A stretch of 64,000 nt of DNA from Escherichia phage kvi. The notes below the pieces were generated by a model, which was not told the origin of the DNA, searched no databases, and saw nothing but the letters and a program-made list of their open reading frames with translations. Positions 19,123-27,347 of this stretch are shown here, in pieces; the stretch's first letter is position 1; every line of letters starts with the position of its first letter. The stretch lies in the sequence record MN850615.1, one strand, 5' to 3'. Position numbers and translations under genes: made by a program.

Positions 19123-21174
19123 TTACATTTTAAATTTATCTGGCATTGCGTCTACAGATACCAGATCAGCGATAAGCTGACGTAGAGTTGCCTTATCTGC
19201 TTTCTTACGTTCGGTTTTAGCTTCGCTAATGAAGCTGGAGAAAGACAGGTCAGAAGCAGGTTTAACAACACCTTCACGGATGAATGCATCACCGTCCGCG
19301 ATCATCTCGCCAGATTCTTGTAATGCTGCCAGTTCATTTTTGTTCATAATATGTGCCTCAATGTAATAAGTTTCTTGTGAATCCGTCGATGCCGTAGCAC
19401 GAGTTACCGTATCAAAGGATAACACAACACCGCGAGGAAGTAAAATCTCGCATTCTTTGTAAGCAAATGCTTTGTTACCTACTGGCAAGACAGGGATGTT
19501 TTCCGCGCCAGCAATGGAGAAAGCAACATTAGCGCCACCTTCACCACGAGAGCCAGCCATAGAATCAACACCAGCAACGGCACTAGCCACGTTTGCATTC
19601 CAGCCGCCAAAAATGTTAGGTGCAAGGGAAGTGCTCACATAGTTTTTAAAGTAAAACGCTTTTTGCTTACGTGCAGTTTCCCACATTTGCGACCGGAAGT
19701 CCATACCACGATACAGAATAGTACCCGGATCAAGTTTAACTCCATAGTTGGAGAAGGCATTATCCAGTGCATCACACATCTTGACCAATTCTTCTGGATC
19801 TGCGATGCCTTCAAACTCTTCCAGCTTACGGTCGGTTAGGAAGTTGTTCATATTGATGTATGCTGCATCGGCATATTCGCTCAACACAAAACCTTCCGCG
19901 CCCGGCAGATCAAGATCAATATCTGCCATCATTTCACCCATGTTGCTAGCAATTGCTTCAAACATACCGGAAGCAACATTACGTAGGGCATCGGTTTTAA
20001 TCTGGGTGATGTGACTACGCAGCATTTCAGCTTTTACATCTGCTGGCATAGACTGGTCTACTCGATCCATTGCCAGGGCGGTGATCTTGTTTTCGAATAC
20101 TTCCTCGCTCATGATTTCTTTTAAGCGTTTGATTGATGCTGCGATAACTTCCGCAGACAATGGATCATATTGATCCTGAACTTTTACCAGTTCGCTTACT
20201 GCGTATTTTGCATCGGCTTCGCTTTCAAAAATAGTACGCATGAAACCATAGCGAGTGATAATATCACTTGTCCAGTCATTCAGAGAACGAGCGGTTGAAC
20301 GTTCTAAGGCTTGACGGTCAATCAGAGTATTAAACTGTTTCTTAGGTTCTGCTTCGGTGATATCTTCTTCCGGTTTAAGATTAATTTTTTCTGGATGATT
20401 CACATAGTCGCTGTTATAGGTCGCTTGAGTTTTCAGCATTTCTTCTTTAGTCAAACGAGATTTAGCCGCTACGCGTTGTTCTGCTTCCGCGTTTCGTTCT
20501 TCTTCTGACACAAGACTAGCCGCATATGCCTCATCTTTAGTCAGAGATTCACCAGTAGCCTTAGATACCCAGCGATCACCTAAATCACTTTCTACTTTAG
20601 TGAACAAGGATTCATCAAGTTTAATCCCTTTAATCTTATCAATCGCCATCCCGCGACGCTTGACAACAACTAAAGCGATCTTTTTGCTGGTCATTACTTC
20701 CTGCTGGAATACTTCAAACTTCGGTGTACGACGCACCAAACGCTCTATAACGCGCTTAACCAGTTCGGTCTTACCTTTCATGCGGGATACGTTAAAACGG
20801 AACATAACAGCGTCTAATTGCGCTTTACGGGCTGTTTCCATAACCACATCAAAAGCACTTGACATAACTGCAATCGGGTTATCGCCTAGACCATTTTTAA
20901 GCTGTACAATACGACCGCTTTTGTTCATTTCGCACAGTACAACATGTGCGGTCTTGTCACCCATACGAATGATTTTAGGTGTTTTGTTGGTGAAGTTACA
21001 AAGACGGACAATCACATCTTTATCGCGTGTCTGTACTGCAAAAAGCTGTTTAGGATTCTGCTTAGGCTTTAAGCACTGTACCGGAGCAATACTGCCAAAG
21101 TTTTCTTCCTCTTCCGTCAACAGCCATTTCTCGAAAGATTCAATCATTAGATCGTCGATTTCTAAGTTAAACAT
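19123..21174 (-). CDS. alt: Alt ADP-ribosyltransferase
   Basis: 683 aa (T4 Alt 682 aa); ILYRGMD, YVSTSLAPNIFGG, ECEILLPRG. Confidence 0.9.
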   Translation of the reverse strand: MFNLEIDDLMIESFEKWLLTEEEENFGSIAPVQCLKPKQNPKQLFAVQTRDKDVIVRLCNFTNKTPKIIRMGDKTAHVVLCEMNKSGRIVQLKNGLGDNPIAVMSSAFDVVMETARKAQLDAVMFRFNVSRMKGKTELVKRVIERLVRRTPKFEVFQQEVMTSKKIALVVVKRRGMAIDKIKGIKLDESLFTKVESDLGDRWVSKATGESLTKDEAYAASLVSEEERNAEAEQRVAAKSRLTKEEMLKTQATYNSDYVNHPEKINLKPEEDITEAEPKKQFNTLIDRQALERSTARSLNDWTSDIITRYGFMRTIFESEADAKYAVSELVKVQDQYDPLSAEVIAASIKRLKEIMSEEVFENKITALAMDRVDQSMPADVKAEMLRSHITQIKTDALRNVASGMFEAIASNMGEMMADIDLDLPGAEGFVLSEYADAAYINMNNFLTDRKLEEFEGIADPEELVKMCDALDNAFSNYGVKLDPGTILYRGMDFRSQMWETARKQKAFYFKNYVSTSLAPNIFGGWNANVASAVAGVDSMAGSRGEGGANVAFSIAGAENIPVLPVGNKAFAYKECEILLPRGVVLSFDTVTRATASTDSQETYYIEAHIMNKNELAALQESGEMIADGDAFIREGVVKPASDLSFSSFISEAKTERKKADKATLRQLIADLVSVDAMPDKFKM

Positions 21175-21214
21175 TTTATATCCTCTAGTTGATAACCTAT
21201 AAACCTATATTTAT

Positions 21215-21236
21215 GAAAAAGGGGCTTAACGCCCCC
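21215..21236 (-). terminator. Terminator closing the accessory early block
   Basis: GGGGC-TTAAC-GCCCC with flanking A/T runs. Confidence 0.5.
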
Positions 21237-21241
21237 ATTTA

Positions 21242-21454
21242 TTATAATGCACCATCGAGCAATTGCTCTAAGGTGTATCCTGAATAGTCTTTTTCAATAA
21301 GGGTATATTTTCCTACTCGTTTAATCCAGCCACGCATTTCAACGTATTCTGCGTAGTTGATGGTGCGAGTTGTTCCATCTTCCAGTAATGCAGTACCGAT
21401 TTCGTTAATGCGGTCATAAGTTACGTCGGTAATGATGATTTCGATGTTAGCCAT
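21242..21454 (-). CDS. Hypothetical protein
   Basis: 70 aa; AAGGAG SD; downstream of promoter at 21491. Confidence 0.5.
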   Translation of the reverse strand: MANIEIIITDVTYDRINEIGTALLEDGTTRTINYAEYVEMRGWIKRVGKYTLIEKDYSGYTLEQLLDGAL

Positions 21455-21490
21455 TTGATACTCCTTAGTAGTTCGTTTCGGTATGGGTGT

Positions 21491-21519
21491 ATTATGATAT
21501 ACACCATCTGTTATGTCAA
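21491..21519 (-). promoter_or_regulatory. Early promoter cassette (TTGACA-17-CATAAT)
   Basis: rc of TGTCAAC..ATTATG plus conserved leader CGAAACGAA..GGAG. Confidence 0.6.
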
Positions 21520-21525
21520 CAACTT

Positions 21526-21690
21526 TTAGAACATTTTTGAAATTAATTCTGCTTTGATTTCGCAGAGAACATCTAAAGATTTCTCGTCACCCGCTTTTGC
21601 TGCTTCTGCTTGCATTTTTGAAATGGCTTCAATGTCAGTGCAATTATAAGCCGCTTGAACTTTAGCGATTGCGATGATTAAGTGTTTCAT
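21526..21690 (-). CDS. Hypothetical small protein (54 aa)
   Basis: Not in track; AGGAGA SD; immediately downstream of promoter at 21723. Confidence 0.4.
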   Translation of the reverse strand: MKHLIIAIAKVQAAYNCTDIEAISKMQAEAAKAGDEKSLDVLCEIKAELISKMF

Positions 21691-21722
21691 GTTTGATTCT
21701 CCTTTCGTTTCGGTATGTGTGC

Positions 21723-21752
21723 ATTATGGGGGATCACCGATCCCCCTGTCAA
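21723..21752 (-). promoter_or_regulatory. Early promoter with palindromic spacer (PeSL-like)
   Basis: TTGACA-GGGGGATCGGTGATCCCC-CATAAT on - strand. Confidence 0.65.
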
Positions 21753-21759
21753 CAATTTT

Positions 21760-22278
21760 TTAGTTATTTTTTAATTGCTCATCTTGCAATAGGGCAATCA
21801 CATGCTGGCGATGTTCTTCCGATTGAGGCACACCGAAAAAGTTTGTTTTGTAGAAATACTCTAATCGGTCTTCTCGTGTGCTCTCTTCCATCATGATCGC
21901 GGGTAGTCCGAGATTTCTGAAACGTCGCTTTTCTGCTGGCGTAAAATCACTGTAATACAACATAGAATCATCATTACAAGCAATGCTAAACTCATCATTC
22001 ATAAAGGAGAATATTGCGTTTAAACGCTGTTTACCGTCCACGATTTCGATCTCATAGCGAGAGCCATCATCAATCTTAGCCATTGCGATAGCACCAACCG
22101 GAAAATCATTAATAAGGTTTTCGATAAACATACGTTTGTTTTCGGTGTCCCATACTAAAGGACGCTGATAATCTGGGTTCATGTTGATATAGCCATCTTC
22201 TAACCATGCATCATAAACAGAGATGACAAAGTTTTTAGTATTGGTATAGTAACGGCGTTTAGGCGTTAAACGGTTCAT
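21760..22278 (-). CDS. DUF262 / ParB-like (GmrSD N-terminal-type) domain protein
   Basis: 172 aa from ATG 22278; PDYQRPLVW and IVDGKQRLNAI match DUF262 signature; no nuclease domain. Confidence 0.6.
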   Translation of the reverse strand: MNRLTPKRRYYTNTKNFVISVYDAWLEDGYINMNPDYQRPLVWDTENKRMFIENLINDFPVGAIAMAKIDDGSRYEIEIVDGKQRLNAIFSFMNDEFSIACNDDSMLYYSDFTPAEKRRFRNLGLPAIMMEESTREDRLEYFYKTNFFGVPQSEEHRQHVIALLQDEQLKNN

Positions 22279-22279
22279 G

Positions 22280-22612
22280 TTATAGTCTCCTGAATGGATC
22301 ATCACGTAAATCAATATCTTTTAAGAACTCATCCCATGAATGCCGGATATTGTTCTTAATTCTCCAGATAAGCGCAGGGATTGAACGCTCTCCCATCTGG
22401 AAGTATGGATCATATGATCCGTATGCCCAATATGCTACTACAATTCCACAATCAGCGCAATAGTATTCTATTTCACTGGCTGGCGACCAAAGTCCATCAA
22501 TATGATCGGTGATCTTGCTTTCGATGTTATGGCTATGACAATCAGGGCAACGGATGCAATGACCTTGTTTATCGTAATTTGACGTTAGCGAATACTTAAA
22601 CAATCTCATCAT
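22280..22612 (-). CDS. Zinc-ribbon protein
   Basis: 110 aa; CIRCPDC ... CADCG; ATGATGA overlap with upstream gene. Confidence 0.55.
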   Translation of the reverse strand: MMRLFKYSLTSNYDKQGHCIRCPDCHSHNIESKITDHIDGLWSPASEIEYYCADCGIVVAYWAYGSYDPYFQMGERSIPALIWRIKNNIRHSWDEFLKDIDLRDDPFRRL

Positions 22613-23325
22613 AGATCCTTATTTGCTTCAAATACTGCCTTTGCGAATCCTCGCGGGGTAAGTGACCTGATAGTCTTTGTTTTCGTTCCTTTCCCGCCTA
22701 GCTTAGAATGCTGTTTACTGTACCCTTTATTAATCTGCAACGGTTTCTTTTCTGGCATTATAAAGCCTTGTCCGGTCCATAAGCAAGTCTTTTTCGGGTA
22801 CATATCACGGGCGGCGATATACTCAGGAAAAGTAGGATGTTTATCATCTTCCGGCAAATAACCGCCATATTCCCACGGGTGGAACATGTAATCAGGCTTA
22901 CGCCACATGCTAGAGATAACGCTTACAGGATTCTCTATCATGTAGGGAACTCCTAGCCATTCACCCAAATAAGCGGTTATTTTAGCTGCCCTTACATCAT
23001 GAACTTGAATCAATGGTCCTTGTTCTCGTTTCTTTCGTTCAAAGTGTGCAGCGCCACTAACAGCTAAATTGGTGCACGGTGGGAATGCAAAGATAATATC
23101 CGGTTTCCCCCATTCAAGGTCCATTGCTCTTTCCAGCCAGTTCAAATCAATCCAGGTGTTTACATAGGTAATGTTTGGATGTTCAAATCTGGTATTATAC
23201 TTTTTGTATGTGCCGTGGTCGCCATCATCAGCATTAAAGCAGATCACCTTATGACCTGCTTTAGCCCATTCTAGCCCCATTATCCCCGATCCGTCAAAGT
23301 TACAGAATATTAATTTTTGTTTCAT
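22609..23325 (-). CDS. Compact DNA C5-cytosine methyltransferase-like protein
   Basis: 238 aa; motif I FCNFDGSG, motif IV FPPCTN, motif VI MIENPV, C-terminal RSLTPRGFAKAV; very short variable region. Confidence 0.6.
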   Translation of the reverse strand: MKQKLIFCNFDGSGIMGLEWAKAGHKVICFNADDGDHGTYKKYNTRFEHPNITYVNTWIDLNWLERAMDLEWGKPDIIFAFPPCTNLAVSGAAHFERKKREQGPLIQVHDVRAAKITAYLGEWLGVPYMIENPVSVISSMWRKPDYMFHPWEYGGYLPEDDKHPTFPEYIAARDMYPKKTCLWTGQGFIMPEKKPLQINKGYSKQHSKLGGKGTKTKTIRSLTPRGFAKAVFEANKDL

Positions 23326-23567
23326 ATACGCCCCTTTAATCCAACACAGATTTTAGAAGGTTCTTTGCCGTGCCACATTAAGTAAAGTCCGTTAATGCGG
23401 CCTTGTTTTGTATATGATTCTTTTCTGATCTTCTTATAGTGTCGTGTTTCCTCAACTGATTGTTTAGAATACCAATCATAAAGGAAGAGGCACAAAGGCC
23501 AACCATTAGCGGCCTTAATGCAGTTATTAAGAAATTCCTTATTGCGTTTAATTAATTTTCTTTTCAC
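23322..23567 (-). CDS. Hypothetical protein (GTG start, translationally coupled)
   Basis: 81 aa; GTGA overlap with upstream stop. Confidence 0.4.
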   Translation of the reverse strand: MKRKLIKRNKEFLNNCIKAANGWPLCLFLYDWYSKQSVEETRHYKKIRKESYTKQGRINGLYLMWHGKEPSKICVGLKGRI

Positions 23568-23815
23568 GCTGCCCCCATTGGTTTGATAGTAACAGAATCT
23601 AAAAGACCTTTGTTAGCCAGTTCGCGGCAAGTTTTCAGATCCGCAACTTCCCAGCCAGCCGCAATCAGGTTATCAATGAGGCTGTTAGCAACTTCTTCGC
23701 TCATGAAAGAGCACTGTTTGCCGATGGTGTAGCGTACACGCTGTAATTTCAGTTTACGGAAGCCTTTAACGTTCAGGTCTTTAGCGATTTTCTTTGCGGT
23801 TTCGATGTTAGCCAT
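23564..23815 (-). CDS. Hypothetical protein (first gene of 5-gene operon)
   Basis: 83 aa; AGGAGA SD; preceded by promoter at 23856. Confidence 0.5.
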   Translation of the reverse strand: MANIETAKKIAKDLNVKGFRKLKLQRVRYTIGKQCSFMSEEVANSLIDNLIAAGWEVADLKTCRELANKGLLDSVTIKPMGAA

Positions 23816-23855
23816 TGTTTGATTCTCCTAAGTGGTATCTCGTCTTGATGGTTGT

Positions 23856-23884
23856 ATTGTAGGGGAGTTATCCTCCCCTGTCAA
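23856..23884 (-). promoter_or_regulatory. Early promoter with palindromic spacer
   Basis: TTGACA-GGGGAGGATAACTCCCC-TACAAT. Confidence 0.6.
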
Positions 23885-23898
23885 TACTTTTTATAAAA

Positions 23899-24066
23899 TT
23901 ATTTGTTAATTTCTGGTGCGTTGCTAGGATAGTAACCTTCTTTAACACCCAGATATTTTGCAACCATTCCTACAATCTTCTGTGCTACTACAATGTCAAA
24001 TTTCAGATAATCTTCGCCGTGGGTTTCAATGATATATGCTTCACATGCTGCTTTAGTCTCGAACAT
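23899..24066 (-). CDS. Hypothetical 55-aa protein, paralog A
   Basis: MFETKAACEAYIIETHGEDYLKFDIVVAQK...; near-identical to 27180..27347. Confidence 0.45.
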   Translation of the reverse strand: MFETKAACEAYIIETHGEDYLKFDIVVAQKIVGMVAKYLGVKEGYYPSNAPEINK

Positions 24067-24099
24067 TTTGATTCTCCTATTTCGTTTCGGTATGTGTGT

Positions 24100-24128
24100 A
24101 TTATAGGGGATCTCCCGATCCCCGTCAA
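24100..24128 (-). promoter_or_regulatory. Early promoter with palindromic spacer
   Basis: TTGACG-GGGATCGGGAGATCCCC-TATAAT. Confidence 0.65.
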
Positions 24129-24142
24129 CAACTTTTTTAAAA

Positions 24143-24424
24143 TTATTCGTGATTAGTTTCGATGTTGTACATTTTGCACCAGTTCAGCCAATCGCCCAGA
24201 TCTTGATAGTTGATGCTTTTATCTGCTGCCATCGTTTTTGTCTTGATACCCATATGTGCGTTATGAGTAAGCATTTTTACAGTGAACTCAATTTTATCGC
24301 CTTTAGCTTTAACATCAACCAGTTTGGTCCACTGGCTACCAGCGCCGCGAATGTTCATACCAACGATGTTTCCGATGTATGCTTCTTTGTTTTTCAGGAT
24401 TTCGGTTGCTTTGATGAATTTCAT
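24143..24424 (-). CDS. Hypothetical protein
   Basis: 93 aa; conserved leader/SD. Confidence 0.55.
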   Translation of the reverse strand: MKFIKATEILKNKEAYIGNIVGMNIRGAGSQWTKLVDVKAKGDKIEFTVKMLTHNAHMGIKTKTMAADKSINYQDLGDWLNWCKMYNIETNHE

Positions 24425-24457
24425 TTTTGATTCTCCAGTTCGTTTCGGTATGTGTGT

Positions 24458-24486
24458 ATTATGCTATGTTCTTACTTTGGTGTCAA
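24458..24486 (-). promoter_or_regulatory. Early promoter (TTGACA-17-CATAAT)
   Basis: rc of TGTCAA..ATTATG with conserved leader. Confidence 0.6.
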
Positions 24487-24494
24487 CAACTTTT

Positions 24495-24764
24495 TTAGAT
24501 ATTTTCAGAAATAAATTTTAAAACTTGACGTAAATGTTTCTCATCTTTGATAGACGCCGGAAGTTCTTCTTTTACTTCCTGTGCAAGATAGATATTTCCG
24601 TTCCAAGTGAAAGATCCGTCTTCGTTTACGCGATAGCTGAACATCCACTCGCAATCATTTTCGATTTCATATACACACAGAAGGGTGTAATCGTTAAAGC
24701 TATTGATTTCAAGGTCGAAGCCGTGACGTTTTGCAAAGTTGGTAGTGGTTTTAGTCAGCGCCAT
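24495..24764 (-). CDS. Hypothetical protein
   Basis: 89 aa; AGGAGA SD. Confidence 0.55.
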   Translation of the reverse strand: MALTKTTTNFAKRHGFDLEINSFNDYTLLCVYEIENDCEWMFSYRVNEDGSFTWNGNIYLAQEVKEELPASIKDEKHLRQVLKFISENI

Positions 24765-24804
24765 TGTTTGATTCTCCTAAGTGGTATCTCGTTTCGATGG
24801 GTGT

Positions 24805-24833
24805 ATTATGCTATAGGCGTGATCTGGTGTCAA
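24805..24833 (-). promoter_or_regulatory. Early promoter (TTGACA-17-CATAAT)
   Basis: rc of TGTCAA..ATTATG. Confidence 0.6.
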
Positions 24834-24854
24834 TGTTTTTTTTAATTTTATGCA

Positions 24855-24881
24855 ATAAAAAAGCCGACGCTAAGGTCGGCT
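24855..24881 (-). terminator. Rho-independent terminator (- strand)
   Basis: AGCCGAC-GCTAAG-GTCGGCT followed on - strand by TTTTTTATT. Confidence 0.6.
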
Positions 24882-24938
24882 AATAAAATCATTTAGACAA
24901 ATAATCATTCTGCGCAATCCGGTCGGCGTATGCTGGTG

Positions 24939-25196
24939 TTATGTCAATCGCCAGCACTTTAACGCGTGCTTTCTTACGACCTGGTTTTCTCGTAACCAGT
25001 GCTCATGACCGTGAACATTTTTATACTGCGATGCTTCTTCGAAGGTACGGATCGGACCTGGGTAATCAGCGTAAAGGATCTCTAGATCTTCGGTGATGTA
25101 AAAATATACATCATAATGGCTGTTCTCTAGTTTAAGCAGAGAGTTGCGAAATTGTGGTAAATTCTCGCGGGTAAATTCAACTACAAGATTTTTCAT
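24939..25196 (-). CDS. HxHW-family small protein, apparently frameshifted/truncated
   Basis: 85 aa from ATG 25196; family motif HGHEHW present but conserved VLAIDI tail is in another frame ending at 24889. Confidence 0.4.
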   Translation of the reverse strand: MKNLVVEFTRENLPQFRNSLLKLENSHYDVYFYITEDLEILYADYPGPIRTFEEASQYKNVHGHEHWLRENQVVRKHALKCWRLT

Positions 25197-25219
25197 AGTG
25201 ATATCCTCATTCAGATAGA

Positions 25220-25243
25220 TTAAAAGGGGGGCGTTAATCCCCC
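25220..25243 (-). terminator. Terminator-like hairpin
   Basis: GGGGG-CGTTAAT-CCCCC with A/T flanks. Confidence 0.4.
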
Positions 25244-25248
25244 ATATA

Positions 25249-25536
25249 TTAAAACAGTCCTTCCTGTACACCGTAGTAGAGTTCGTCGCTGATAATTTCA
25301 TTAATGCGACGGTGTGCATATTCCTGATTTGCGAAGTTGTCAGCAAGTTCTACTTTAGTTTCGCCGTCATGAGTCCATTTAGTGATAACTTTACCATCTG
25401 CAAATTTGAAGTTGAACTCTTTAGCTACTGCATCGCGTACCAGACGTGCGAACTTGTTGTTACGGATTGCATTGTCTGTTTCGTTTGCAGCGTGAGCAAA
25501 TTTGTTAACTTTCAGAGTGATAGTAATGTATGCCAT
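25249..25536 (-). CDS. Hypothetical protein (AKEFN family)
   Basis: 95 aa; RLVRDAVAKEFN; paralog of 28564..28875. Confidence 0.55.
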   Translation of the reverse strand: MAYITITLKVNKFAHAANETDNAIRNNKFARLVRDAVAKEFNFKFADGKVITKWTHDGETKVELADNFANQEYAHRRINEIISDELYYGVQEGLF

Positions 25537-25582
25537 AATTTTATTCTCCTAGTTAGAAAGTGTATCTCGTTTCGATGGGGAT

Positions 25583-25611
25583 ATTATGCTATATCCCCGA
25601 TCCGGTGTCAA
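25583..25611 (-). promoter_or_regulatory. Early promoter (TTGACA-17-CATAAT)
   Basis: rc of TGTCAA..ATTATG. Confidence 0.6.
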
Positions 25612-25617
25612 CACTTT

Positions 25618-25896
25618 TTATAAAATAATTTTTTGATATTTTTCTATGATGTTCGTGTAAGTCACATCAACCGCTAGCACCGTTGCTTCGAATCCACCGT
25701 TTAGCCAATGGCTATGATCATGATCGTGAAAGAAACCTAGACCAGTACGAAGACCTTCTTTATATTCTGCGCGTACATTCAGTTTGTCGTCGATAAACAG
25801 ATAAAACCATGAATTTTTACTAGGATTGATGATACAACCTTTCAGATTAGGGAGAATATCACGACTAAGAATAAACTTATCACCTACTTTGAACAT
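25618..25896 (-). CDS. HxHW-family small protein
   Basis: 92 aa; FHDHDHSHW..VLAVDV. Confidence 0.5.
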   Translation of the reverse strand: MFKVGDKFILSRDILPNLKGCIINPSKNSWFYLFIDDKLNVRAEYKEGLRTGLGFFHDHDHSHWLNGGFEATVLAVDVTYTNIIEKYQKIIL

Positions 25897-25900
25897 AATA

Positions 25901-26221
25901 TTAGTCCTCACTTATAAGGTCAAACCAATTGTTTTTCGCATAATGCTTAATGCGTGCTTGATCTGCTTCCGCTGGTGATAGATTCCATGCAACCACTACA
26001 ACTTCTGACGCATCGTCATCCGTTTCTGATACCCAATGATTGTGATTCATACAGTTATTTGCTATCGAGTGAGCAAATGATTTCATCACTGGAGACGTAT
26101 AATCATAGTAACGGATTTTCAGATTTTCATCAACGTACAAATAGATCGTATAAGGTTTATATTCAGTAACCAGTAACAGACAGTTACGCAATTCTGGGAA
26201 AATCTTTTTAGTTAATTTCAT
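25901..26221 (-). CDS. HxHW-family small protein
   Basis: 106 aa; NHNHW..VVVVAWN; N-terminus similar to 24939 member. Confidence 0.5.
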   Translation of the reverse strand: MKLTKKIFPELRNCLLLVTEYKPYTIYLYVDENLKIRYYDYTSPVMKSFAHSIANNCMNHNHWVSETDDDASEVVVVAWNLSPAEADQARIKHYAKNNWFDLISED

Positions 26222-26222
26222 T

Positions 26223-26441
26223 TTATAATCCTCGGTCGCGGCTATAGTACACGGTACGCCATACAATTTCATGTTTCGTGTCGCTCCAGCACACGATCTC
26301 ATTTACTCTTAAATCTTTGTTATCAACAAAAGATGAACATTGTGACGCTTCTTTCATCATTTTATATGCTGTTTTCTCATCAAATACAGCACAGATTTCT
26401 TTATACACTCGATAATCTTTGAATTGACTCTGGATACCCAT
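26223..26441 (-). CDS. Hypothetical protein (paralog pair with 26401..26658)
   Basis: 72 aa from ATG 26441; FKDYRVYKEI..KMMKEASQC. Confidence 0.45.
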   Translation of the reverse strand: MGIQSQFKDYRVYKEICAVFDEKTAYKMMKEASQCSSFVDNKDLRVNEIVCWSDTKHEIVWRTVYYSRDRGL

Positions 26442-26658
26442 AATTAACACCATTCCAACCAATTGTTTTTGAGAAAACGTTTATCCACTGTTGAGTGTAG
26501 CATGTTTCTTTCCATGATACAATACGAGTAGAATAATGGTTTTTGTTTCCAGAAAAGGACGGGCATTTTGATGCATCTTCCATCATCTTTTCGGCGAACT
26601 CTGGTGCGTATACTCGCAGGATCTGTTGATATGCTTTGTATTCTTTAAATTTGCTCAT
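26401..26658 (-). CDS. Hypothetical protein (paralog pair)
   Basis: 85 aa; FKEYKAYQQI..KMMEDASKC; 3' end overlaps next gene in another frame. Confidence 0.45.
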   Translation of the reverse strand: MSKFKEYKAYQQILRVYAPEFAEKMMEDASKCPSFSGNKNHYSTRIVSWKETCYTQQWINVFSKTIGWNGVNYGYPESIQRLSSV

Positions 26659-26923
26659 AATCATTCACTACCTTATCAGCTTCTTTTGTTGTTTTTACAT
26701 CAACTGCGATAACTCGTAAATGTTCGTCATGGTTCCACCAGTGGTCATGAATATCAGCTTGTGATTTATCACCAAAGGAATCACGAATATCATTTTTACA
26801 TTTATAGCTAATGTGACCTTCATAGTCAACATAAAGGTAATTATCGAAAATCGGCGTTTTTAAGATCATACCGAAAAATCTTTCTTTGTGTGTCTTATCC
26901 AGCGTTGCAGTAATTCGCATCAT
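26645..26923 (-). CDS. HxHW-family small protein
   Basis: 92 aa; IHDHWWNHDEHLRVIAVDV. Confidence 0.5.
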   Translation of the reverse strand: MMRITATLDKTHKERFFGMILKTPIFDNYLYVDYEGHISYKCKNDIRDSFGDKSQADIHDHWWNHDEHLRVIAVDVKTTKEADKVVNDYEQI

Positions 26924-26935
26924 AATATATTCCTC

Positions 26936-27115
26936 TTAGAAAGGGATGGTCATTTCTTGAGCTTGTACATTCTCGTTAGGATTAAACTTCATCCAACCGA
27001 TATTGTCTACCAGCATATGCACATTTTTATCATATCCTACGTGGGTAGTCAATACTGTATGTGCTTTACCTTCAATGATGAGTTCCATGTACTTCTGAAC
27101 TTCGATAGCTTTCAT
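26936..27115 (-). CDS. Hypothetical small protein (59 aa)
   Basis: Not in track; conserved leader; downstream of promoter at 27148. Confidence 0.4.
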   Translation of the reverse strand: MKAIEVQKYMELIIEGKAHTVLTTHVGYDKNVHMLVDNIGWMKFNPNENVQAQEMTIPF

Positions 27116-27147
27116 TTTGATTCTCCGTTTGTTGTCTTGATGGGAGT

Positions 27148-27176
27148 ATCTTACTACTCCCTTTAATCATTGTCAA
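27148..27176 (-). promoter_or_regulatory. Early promoter variant (TTGACA-17-TAAGAT) with hairpin over -10
   Basis: GGGAGTAGTAAGATACTCCC palindrome overlaps -10. Confidence 0.5.
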
Positions 27177-27179
27177 CTA

Positions 27180-27347
27180 TTATTTGTTAATTTCTGGTGC
27201 GTTGCTCGGATAGTAACCTTCTTTAACACCAAGATATTTTGCAACCATTCCGGTGATCTTCTGTGCTACTACGATATCGAATTTCAGGTAGTCTTCACCG
27301 TGGTTTGCTACAATGTACGCTTCGCATTCTGCTTTAGTCTGGAACAT
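27180..27347 (-). CDS. Hypothetical 55-aa protein, paralog B
   Basis: MFQTKAECEAYIVANHGEDYLKFDIVVAQK...; duplicate of 23899..24066. Confidence 0.45.
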   Translation of the reverse strand: MFQTKAECEAYIVANHGEDYLKFDIVVAQKITGMVAKYLGVKEGYYPSNAPEINK

